Source: Bispira polyomma
Lineage: Eukaryota
Direction of reading: 5' to 3'
NCBI GenBank assembly: GCA_965649765.1
Contig: OZ287756.1
Location: 56,234,001-56,298,000 of the forward strand
DNA: 64,000 bases
Shown: positions 12,201 through 24,200 of the stretch, one piece after another
Layout of the letters: each line of letters starts with the position of its first letter
Position numbering within the stretch: position 1 is the first letter of the stretch
The notes under the pieces: generated by a model
Told to the model about the DNA's origin: nothing
What the model saw: the letters and a program-made list of their open reading frames with translations, nothing else
Database searches by the model: none
Position numbers and translations under genes: made by a program

Positions 12201-15200
12201 GGTCAGTATACTAAGCCCTGTAGAGATAGCTAAATGGAATTCCAGGTGATATCTTTTTGAAGTGAAAATTTACTTTGATGACCTCTGTTTTTGATCAATT
12301 TAACCCAAGGCTCAAAACAAGTGGAAAAGTTAGTAGATAAAAAGACAACTATAAGAATTGTCCATTTTTATCTTCTTCAGAGAGGTAATTAGTGTTGTGT
12401 TATTATTGTTGATGGTTGTGGTTAAACAAACAATCCTAATAATTTCTGTATCCTAATAAATCACTTGACACAGGATAAACATCAAAATCCATATTAGGAG
12501 TTATTTCAAGAAAAGACCATATTGGGACATACCAAGATACTTTTTTTACTCAAACAGAAAGCAATTAATTTGTGCATAGATACGTACATGCTACACAACA
12601 ATTTTGGTGGCCAAAGAGCCCAATCAATAAATACTGTCAGTATCAATGAACAATTTACCCAGTAATTCTTATGTCTATTTTGATGAAAAACTTTTATTTG
12701 AAAGATTTTTGCAGATGTAGAATCCTCAGTAAATTGATATAGAGTTAAGACGACCTTGAAACCACAGAAATTTGTCAGAAACAATCATTGTAAAAATGCA
12801 CAAATAGGCAAGAATTATCCACGCATATATATTACCAACTATCATCAATGAGAAATACTTGTAAGAGTTCCGCAGAGTTCCACCTCTCGGTATTATAGTT
12901 GTTAAGCAGGGTTATTATCTCAGCTTGATACCATATCAGAAGCGAACAGAAATTTTATTACCTCCCCATGACACCATATCAGAAGCTATCAGAACCGTTA
13001 ATATCTCTCCATGACACCATATCAGAAACTATCAGAAATGTTATTATCTCACCATGACACCATATCAAAAGCTATCAGAAACGTTAATATCTCTCCATGA
13101 CACCATATTAGAAACTATCTGAAAAGTTATTATCTCACGATTACACCATATCAGAAACATTATTATCTCATCTTGCCACCATATCAGAAGCTATCAGAAA
13201 CGTTATTATCTCACCATGACACCATATCAGAAACTATCAGAAAAGGGTTATGATGTTTGAATAGGAAAGAAACTCTCCGCACAACCCAAGTATAAATGAA
13301 TCCAGGGGCCGTATTCACCAGGAAACTCAAGCTCTTGAACTCAACTCCAATGATCGCTAGCTGTTAATTCACAGTACATGGAAATAACCTACACTTCTAA
13401 CAATGCATTTTAATACAAGCCTTCAGCGCTGAATTCAAATATGTCTCCACAATTTACCTACTATAGGTTTTATTCTGGCAAGAGATATGTGTACTGTTGA
13501 AATAGACAGTACTTAAACAGTGCCTTGGATTTGAGCTTGAGATTTTTCAGGAATACGACCACCCCAGAAGTATATAATGTAGAAGCTAAAAACTTAAGAG
13601 AAGAGAATATTTAGTACAGCAGAACCTTTTTTTACGGACATCTTGGGAGAGTGAGAATTTGTTTGGATAACAGAATGTCCGTAGAAAATAGAAGTGGCAT
13701 TTTAGTATAAAACAATAGCAAAAAATAAGTTTGGGAGACTGAAATTGAGTTTATAAAATCAAATATTCAGATAATAGAGTTTCTACTGTACACATGACAG
13801 ATTTGATATACATGTATGTATATATATGGGAGAGTAAAGAGTGAGCGTTAATGTCAAAAGCAATACAGGAGAGTTAACTTAAGGCTGTAAATCAGACCGT
13901 GTGAGAGGGCGTGGGGGGTGGACATTCTTCTGGAGTAGTTCATCATGCCATCTGGAACAGAAAACGGTATACGTATGTCAGAAGGGTGGTTGTACACGTA
14001 AACAACAACAGGCGTAAGTACACATAACGAGTTATTGCAATAATAGTGTATACACTATTTACTACATAGAATATTCATTATATGACAAAACTGCGTATTA
14101 TATTCATAACCATACAGTGAAACTTGCATATAAACATAAAGATCAGCCAAGGGAACCCTCCACAGTGGTCATTAAACTAGACTCCTTGCATATATGTCAC
14201 AAAACAAGGTCATATTAGTTTCTAGCAGTCCTGAGAGACAACAGTATTCTGAAGAATAACTTCTGATTAACAGCAATGTCAAGGTAATTGCCTGAAAACA
14301 ATTACCTATATTAACTGTCTTCATTGTTAACACGGTATATGTAAATTATGTGCGTAATCGGGTACATTATTAAAGCAGCATTTTGAGCATCATGGCTGAA
14401 GGCAATTAGTCCAGGCCATTCTAGGTTTTAAAATTGGCTGCCAGGTGTTTAATTAAATATAAACAGTGGCTGCTGTTTATATTTTTGTGGTGAAAGCAGA
14501 TAGTGCAAATCGCCTTCAACGCACAATTACCTCCACAGCTTCTAAAATCTCTGAAAACAAAATCCCAAACATGCTCAAAAGAACTTTTGGTTGGCTTGGC
14601 TCTCTCACTGAAACTGTATCTATATCAATATAACAAAGTTACAACAACCATTCTGTTACAGTTGAAGAAAACTATTATATATAACGTACATGCACACACT
14701 AAAAGAACAAACAACCAACTTTATACACTGAAGCCAGGAATTCATCTGTCATCCACTATATACATATACTGAATCAGTCTAAAAGAAAAAAAAGAATTCA
14801 GAGAAAAACGATGCACAGGCATACAGCATGCAAAGATCATTATGAAGTACACGAACATAAAGAAGTCATGTAGAACTGAAGAGTTGTCTTTGAAAACTTA
14901 AGCTGAAATCTAAGCTATCTACCCTATCTCTGGTTAGAGGGACGTGAAGTAACATCTGACTGCATATTTGGGAGTCCCTTTTATATAGCCTTCAACTGAG
15001 TTGAGTCAGTAGCTTACATATTATTAATAGCAGACAGCTCTTATAATAATGGTGCAATACAGTATAATACGTCATAACTTATTATATGTATATCATACGT
15101 CATAATACGTCATACTTATGTATATTTATATTACATTTGGAAATCAAACCTAAAAATCATAATCATTCCTATTGGTACAGCTTTAAACATTTCAACATCC

Positions 15201-18200
15201 ACCAAATTTAGCAAAGGTTTTTTTAATGTAACTAGTAGGATAAGGTTAAATATGAAGAGGCTTTTTTTCAAGATGGACGCCAAAAACAGACGCATTCCAA
15301 AAAATTGTATCATACTCTTTTAAATACCCCAACAAGAATTAGGCCAATAAGACTCCATGTTAAAAAGGTGCCATGACCAAAATATGGTTGATGTTGCATC
15401 AAAACTGTAGCCTGTACAGTGTTGAAAAGAGGGTGCTGACGACAGCAACGGCATATTCAGGCGTAATCCAAAATCATAATATACATGAAGATTTCTTGTG
15501 ATTATTATGGCGGTTGGACCACGGGTAGACTTTTGAGAATATGACACACAAACGCGATGAATCATGCAGACTTAACACAACTGGATCAAAGCAAAACAAC
15601 ATCCACAGTCAGACTTCGAGTATGAAAGAAAACGGTCACCCGTCCACAAACACTGTTCTGTAACATTATATATAGGCTTTAAAAGAACAGACTCTCCAAC
15701 AGGAAACTGATGCAAACTTAGCACAAAAAAAGGCATGCAATTAATATGGCAGAACTTATAAACATTACCAAGGTTTTGTTAAAGAAACTCAACCAGATAG
15801 CTTAGAAATTTCACTTCATCCTTGTATACCCCTTGCCAATTTGTGACATGCACCCTCTGAGCGGGCAGAACAATGCAAAGCTGCAATATTTAGTACCTGC
15901 TCAAAACTGGTCTACAATTGCACCCAAAATGAGCTTTCTCCAGTCAAGAGAAAGTCAAGACTTTCGCAAAACATCCTTGGCAACTCACATGCCAGCCCAT
16001 AACTCAAGGCAAACAAAACTTGACATAGTGCACCTTCTTAATATGGTGTTAAATATGAAATCAGCTTGGCCGTTGGGGTGATACAAAAGGAGGAAGCTAA
16101 ATGTGCTTAAGGCTTTAGTGATGTAAACACAAAAAACGATCGCCGCTAAACCACGTTGTGAAGGAATCACTGTCTAGAAACATACACTACATTGTTATAA
16201 AGGCCTCAAAGTCAATTTTTAAATACGATTTTTGCTTTATGAGTTGTGAAAATGATAGAGGACAGATTAAATAACAATTCAAGCTGAATTTTATAAATTT
16301 TAACACTGATTTTAACAATTTATCAGCAGCAAATACTATGTATAAGAAGGTGTAAAATTGTAACAAAAACATCAATATTTGTCCAAGTACACCCTCCACA
16401 AACGTGACACAATACACATACCAAGAAGGTATTAATACTGAAATATTGTACATGACTAGAAAAAGGAAAACATTAGCAATATTTTGAATGAATTCGTTTT
16501 TTCATGAAAGTACAAAAACGGGGATAAATAGAAAAAACATTAAAGTTACACTCTTCTGAACAGAACGATACTTTGTATTCTTCGTTTAAAAAACATAAGG
16601 AAACATATTTAAAAATGTAATTCATTCAAAACAATATACACGTTCTATAAAGTTGTGTAGTATATATAATATGTTTATATATGCTGGATCAATACTCGTA
16701 TTGTGTCACAATAGACGGGGCTCTCTGCGAGAATTGTCTACAAATATGACGTTCTACCACAGATTTCAAATCGTGTGACGTCACAATACAAGAATCGTTA
16801 TACGGCTTTTTTATTAACTATGCAATAAAATAATGAAGTTTTAAATAGTATTTGAATATAAAAATATGTAAAACGATCATTAAATAACCATTTTATGACT
16901 GCTGTAGTAGGTATATGTGCTAAAGTTACAATTCATAAATGCAATATGATTTATCGGCAACGTGTTTGTGTGTTTACGTTACTAAAGCCTTAATTAATTA
17001 ACTAATGCCATAACACAGGGAACGCTTAATAAAACATGGCTGCCTCAGCAAAACACTAATCTTATATATCTTAATGCTTAAGTAAAAACGATCATATCTA
17101 TGATGGAGTAGCAGTAAACAACAATTGTAACCACGGCAACACGTCACCTTTTCTTTTTTTAAAAAAAACAAAACAATTAAACGAGGAAGAAAGGGGAAAA
17201 AAAACCTGCAAGCATACAAGACAGACAACATGGAAAACCTGGGAAACTGTCACCAAGACGCTTGTCCGAGGGGTGATGGGCCCCGTGGTTGCCATGGTGA
17301 CCACCGTGGTGGTGGTGGTTGTTATGGTGGTTGCCATGGTCATTGCTGCCATGAGAGGATGTGAAGCTGTGGCCCTCTGGTGAGTGAGAGACAGACAAAC
17401 AGAAAGAGTTTACAAAGTCAACATAATGTGTGTCTGTTTATGGTCATTTTAGGGGGTTTGGTTTAAAGGGGGTTTGGTTTAAAGGGGGTTTGGTTTAAAG
17501 GAAAAAGAAAAAGGTAGCGAAATCTAAATGTTGCTTCCAATTAGTATCATTATTATCACATGAATTTAGTTTGGGGTTTACGTGGTTTTTAACAGCTTTG
17601 ATCATTTCAAGACAGTCAGATTTAATTTTAATGGTGGAAGAAACCAGTGGTGAAGCACTGTAGACTACTGACCTACAGCAAGTACCTCACAAACTATAGT
17701 ACATGAAGGAATGAACAGGATTCGAACCCACATTGGTGAGAGGCCAATGATTGTGAGGCAGGCACTTCTAAACACTAGGCCATTCAATGAGATTCCTAAT
17801 ATTGCACTAAAGTCATAAAACTAGCTAAATTTCTGCTCAAATGAAATAATTATACAGCGCTCTGCTAACGTATGATCCTCTCACTTAAAAGCACTTTTCT
17901 GTTCAGAAGGGATATCAAGATCATTTAGATCTCAACCCTCTAGTTTCCAAAGAACTTGTACAAAAAAATCTTGCATAGCCAACTGTAAGTAATGATATTG
18001 TCAATTTTTCAGACATGAACACAATGTATAATGATGGTTGAGTTTATACTCTTGATCAGCAATAAAACAAGGGCTATTCATTTTAACTAAAGTGTGTCTA
18101 TAAGTATGCACATTTACACATTTACAATGATTTGCTAGCTAAAAAACCACTCTGTCCTTTGTAATAGGTACCATTAGTAAAACCAAAGCATCACACAATG

Positions 18201-21200
18201 AGGCAGAAAATCAGTCTGGGGGGCAAGGTCAGAGGAGTAAACCTGTAAAGTTAAAGACTTTGAAATGACTGACACTCAGTATTCTACAAGTCATAATGTG
18301 CCAATGTACATCATGTAGAATCAATATACCATGTGGATGGTGTGGAGCTAATAAAAAAATAATTAAAAATTACCTGGCGAGACATTGTCGGGATGTTTAT
18401 AATACACGTTTGGGATCAATAATTGATATGCCCAACATACTCTCATTCAGAGTGTGCCTAAAAGAGTGAGGATGACTATTAAAACGTTTACTCTGTTATG
18501 TACATATCTATAATTATATTGATATGCAAGGTGTGTTTCAAAGGGTTGTTGGTGTCTTACATAGGTCACTGTTCTTGGTTAATCGATGGAAACTAGAGGG
18601 TAAATTGTTTGGGTTGATGTACATCGATATCGAACATAAAATTACTTCAATATCTGCCGACAATGGGACAGAGCAAGAAATTTGTGAAGAAACTAGAACA
18701 AATCTAAAAAAAAAAAACTTATCTAATTAAAACCGAAAGTGAGAAACCGCTAAATATGTTTACAAATAGGCATTGTCATAAAATGGTTATAATTCATTGA
18801 TTAAAAGCTATCAACCTTACAATATGATTATAATTGTTGTAAAAATGTTACCCCAAGGAGAAATATGTGTCATTTATGATATCGATGTGTTGGCATTTCA
18901 CCTCCATATCGGAAGACAGAAGCCCAAACAATAAATATTGCCGATATCGATAAACAACTAGAAAACGGCTTTTGATAACAAAAACGAAGCGTCGCTAAAG
19001 TTGAAATAATAATGAAATTGTTTAGTGTACAAGGTTTGATATTGTTTAAAAGTTGACACATAAGGAGTACTTTTGGTCAATGTAAGCTCGAAAAGGATCA
19101 CCATTTCCGAGATAACAGACGTTTTCTAAAAAGACGCAGAAATTGAAGATGGTTGCCCAAATCAAAAATTACTATAAAAATTTACATAAAAGAAAAATCA
19201 GCCCTATGAGTCGAAAAGGAGCTTGAAATCGCTCTATCTAGCACCGTTTCTGAGATAAAGGACATTTTCGAAAAAGACGCAGAAATTCAAGATGGCCGCC
19301 AAAATGTAACATTTTTTTAAAAGTTTAAATATAAGCAAAATCAACCCCGTTGATTGAAAATGAGCTCAAAATCGGTCTATCTAGCACCGTTTCCAAGATA
19401 AATGACATTTTCGAAAAAGACGCAGAAATTCAAGATGGCCGACAAAATTAAAATTTTTTTGAAAGATTACATATAAGTAAAATCAACCCTGTGGATCAAA
19501 AATGAGCTCGAAATCGCTCTATCTAGCACCGTTTCCGAGATAACTGACATTTTCAAAAAAGACGCAGAAATGCAAGATGGCTGCCAAAATTGAAATTTTT
19601 TTAAAAGTTTACATATAAGCAAAATCAACCCTGTGGATCGAAAATGAGCTCGAAATCGTTCTATCTAGCACCGTTTCCGAGATAACTGACATTTTCAAAA
19701 AAAACGCAGAAATTCAAGATGGCCGACAAAATTGAAATTTTTTTAAAAGTTCATGTATAAGCAAAATCAACCCTGTGGGTCGAAAATGAGCTCGAAATCG
19801 CTCTATCTAGCACCGTTTCCGAGTTAACGGACATTTTCGGAAAAGACGCAGAAATTCAAGATGGCCGTCAAAATTGAAATTTTTTGAAAGATTACATATA
19901 AGTAAAATCAACCCTGTGGATCGAAAATGAGCTCGAAATCGCTCTATCTAGCACCGTTTCCGAGATAACTGACATTTTCAAAAAAAACGCAGAAATTCAA
20001 GATGGCCGACAAAATTGAAATTTTTTTAAAAGTTTACATATAAGCAAAATCAACCCTGTGGGTCAAAAATTAGCTCGAAATCGCTCTATCTAGCACCGTT
20101 TCCGAGATAACGGACGTTCTCGAAAAAGACGCAGAAATTCAAGATGGCCGCCAAAATTGAAAATTTTTTAAAAGTTTATGTATAAGCAAAATCAACCCTG
20201 TGGTTCGAAAATGAGCTCGAAATCGCTCTATCTAGCACCGTTTTCGAGATAACGGACATTTAAAAAAAAACCTTAATTTTTAAAATTTTTGAAATTAAAA
20301 TCGTTTTATATCAGTTAACGATCGCATATTTTTGGATGGGGTAAAAAATAAATAAAAATTCAAGCTATTCTTTAAAAGTTACGCGCTGCATGTACTGGTC
20401 TAAAATTAAAAATAAAAAAAATCCTCACACGCTCAAAAAAGCACCCATCAACACATTTTTTTCCCCATTTTGTATGATTGAACGAGCCTGTCAATCAGTC
20501 AATTATCACCAGATTGATCTAAAAATTTACGGACATCTATGCTTTAGTATTTGCAATGTGCATGCGAAATTTCATTGAACTATGACAAGTACTTCAAAAG
20601 AAAAGTTGATAAAAGTGCAAGATAGAGCAAAATAGAGCAAAATACTCATTTGAAGTACTCAGTACTCATTGAGTACTGGACTTAGAACTGTGAAATTTTT
20701 ACATCATACATAAAATCAAAAAGTAGATGAATAACTTATACCAAGAAAAAGCCGAAATCCCAATAGTTTCCGAGATAGCAAAAAAGTACCGATTTTTCGC
20801 ATTTCAATAAAAATCAATCGGTTGGCAATCAGTCAATTGTCATCCGATTAATCTCATCAGTGTCTCCCGTCCTGAAAATTACCTTACCAAGGTACAAACC
20901 AAATTTCATTAACCTATGATGAATACTTTTTGAGAAAACCTAGTGACAAGCACTTTTACACCCCCCAGGGTCAACTGACATTTAAGTAGGCCAAAGTTCA
21001 AAGCCAAGAATATGAAAAAAATTTCCCACTCCTGGTTAAGAGAACTGCCAAAAATAATTTTGATGCAGATAATATTGAAGGAGATATTCAAGGAAGACCA
21101 TGCGGCGGCGGCGAGGAAACCAGGGGTGAAACCAAATAAGCGCCCTTTTCAAGGGACGCTTAATTAACCCACTAATGGAAACATTGGGCTTTAAAAGGTG

Positions 21201-24200
21201 AATAATGTGACATTATTTTCTGAAGTTACGACTCCATATTTTTCTTAAACACAAGCATTTTATTTGTGGCAAAAGTAATTGACTGCGGTATAATTTGTGC
21301 CACCAACGTCATACTTTACGTGATCATCACAGCCAACACACATCATACATGTAATTTGACAGATTTCTGACGTCAATTTTCTCGCTCAAAGCCATTGCCC
21401 ATGGCACAGGTAACAGCTATTAATAGCTATATACCATTATTGTTTAACATGGCAATTATCCAACGACACAGCATATATTATATGAAATTCTGGAATATAA
21501 TATTTTTAAAAATCGCAATCTATTTACCAAATATTATATACTTTGGTACAAAAAAAAAACAACACTTCAAATTATTCCAAATTGGAATTACTTTAATATA
21601 TTAAGCAGAACATTTTTTCTAATACATATTATTTTACCATGGAAACTATATTACCCTGAATGCTACCAAAAATTTTTTTTAATTTGTCATATTTTTTAAC
21701 ATTACAATCTCTATTACCCAAACCAAACAATAAATTTGTTGAAAGAATCCATGTAAATCTTCTCATTTCAAATTTCCTCCAAAATTCAATCTTCTGTCTG
21801 CCTTTATAGTCTAAATGTTCACTAAGTCTTATCTTTAAACAATAACATCTAAATGGTTTGGATAATCGAGGTGTCATTACAGTATAGAAAATCTTTACCT
21901 AAACAAAAAACACATAACAATAAACAACAGTACATTATAGGAAATCTTGACCTACAAACAGTGAAAAAACATGCAGTTATAAACAGTGACACATATTTAG
22001 TATAAATTAATGGTTAGCATTACTGACTGATGAACCATATGACACACTTAATTTGTTTTAGAAAATTGTGACACTTGTGTATGGTGGACACAGCCAATCT
22101 TTTTCACAAATTGATGAAGCGGCAGTATATTGCCCGTACTAAAGGAGTTACAGGTTACATTATAGCTGGGATTACTGAAACACACACCACAGTCGACTCT
22201 TGGAATGTCACAACTTACAGCCTCTATGATTTAATTTCTGCAATAAGTGCACAATCTGCCTCAAAATATGCACGAGCAAGTGAAAGCCGAAGTCGGTGAA
22301 CACATCTTCCGTGAAATGGTTAATGTAAAAACACTGTTACATCCATACACAACAATGTAATTAAGTCAGTTATGATTAGATATATAATATCATTGACAAT
22401 GTTATTAGCCTAAAAATAATTGAACTGTGATAGATAACTTACATCTCGATAAAAATGATGCTCATAAAATTCCAAAAAATACTCCCCCTACAAAAAAATA
22501 CAAAAACAAAATGTTTCTGTGGTCTTTACTCGGGAGTTGTAACTGGACTCGTTTAATACACATATTTCATTTAACTACGTAGACTTTACCTACTAAATAG
22601 CAGATATGATAGAACATAGGACATAGGTGCACACTATGTATATCAACAAAATATGTTGCTTGGCAGGTGCTGAAGTTACCAAAAGCTGAGAACACTTTGA
22701 AGTTAAAACTTACGACAACAATTTGACATATATGACAGTGGGTAAATTGTTTATTCATATATTGGACTCCTCCGACGGGTTTTTAGATTGGTTTAAAACT
22801 TTTATTTGTTCAATATTTTACCTTGTGGCAGCACTTACAAGTACACAAACCATTTTAAATAGCATATGAATACCTTTCCTCAAAACAATATACTTCTAAA
22901 CACTTTAAGTGGTTCAGACTTTTTAATTAATGCTTGGGTAGATTTCACATGTTGAAACAAAAATGTTTTATTATTTTCTTGGTAGTTGGACTGATTTTAT
23001 AATCATTCAATAATGGCGATAATGATGCCCTCGATATCTCAATCTTGTGACACATAAACAATTTACCCACAAATGAACTTGAATTAAACACGTCGTCGGA
23101 AGAGTTCTCTGTGTTAATATGTACGTGTGTAACACAAATGTCAGTAATAGGTCAGTTATAAGCAAGTGTATTTCCGTTAATTACAAGAAGCTACCAAAAT
23201 ATTAACTAAATAAAGACAACATGTATTAAAACTGTGCCTGGGTGCCAAATTCTCCCAGAATTTTTATTTATTTGGGTTTTTATGTCACTTTTGGTCATAT
23301 TGTGACAGCCAGGTTTATTGTTGGGACGAAACCCAGTACTACTTGTACTGTAAACCACCCACCTGCAGCAAGTGTTACCTCGGGACTTACCTCTGCCAAA
23401 TGAAGGAAGCAGGTGGGAGTTCCAATCTACTGTACTCTGAGGGGTGAGAGGCTGTGTAGTGATACTAAAGCAAATGCTTGCAAAAACACTGTAGGCCAGC
23501 ATGTTATTGCATTTTATTAGATGACGACGCGTGTCACACACATAATAGACACATTTTATTACACACATGTACATATAACACATACAGAACTCTCTGGACC
23601 TTCAGAACAACAACATATTAAAAGGAACTAAAAGTAAGAACTTGATGATTAGATCAGAGATGTGTTTGTAGATACAGAGCTTGTTGTTACCTTCGTATTT
23701 TAACCTTTCCACTGGACCTAGAGATACAAGGAGAGGAACACAATGACTGGATGGCTGAAGGTGTGATTCTGTATTTGTATGTGTGCAGCTGAATATGTGT
23801 GTGTGTGTGGCTGAATTTTGTGTGGGGCTGAATTTAGTGTGTGGCTGACTTTTGTGTGACTGAATGTGTCTGGCTCAACGTATTTCTGTCACACTGAAGG
23901 TATGTGTCAGCAGCTGGATGCATGTGGCAATCAATAAGTTTAAAATATTTTTAATATGTTCATTTCTGAAGTAACTACTACAATTCCATAATGCAATACC
24001 GGTAGCGAATACCATTTTTTTTGCACTTTTTTTAACAAATGGCATAAAGCACGTTGATTAAAACTGTCTTTTATGGAACAAACATAAGATAAAACAACAA
24101 AAAGACTTTTGTAAAACAAAAATACAACATCACAGCGATTTGAAAAGATTTGTGAATGGAAGCCCCTCCAGAATACTCTAATCTCTGAAATTTGTAAATG

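Larger units (their letters stand above)
18594..21174. mobile_element. hAT-like MITE interrupted by a Helentron-like element
   Basis: tagagggtaaatt...taacccacta TIRs with a perfect 8-bp TSD atggaaac (18586-18593, 21175-21182); uninterrupted relative at 30365-30733. Confidence 0.8.

Noticed and set aside
19085-20260. Regular repeats that might suggest a CRISPR array (also 28680-29740)
   Set aside because: Units are contiguous with no unique spacers, there are no cas genes, and the context is a eukaryotic intron
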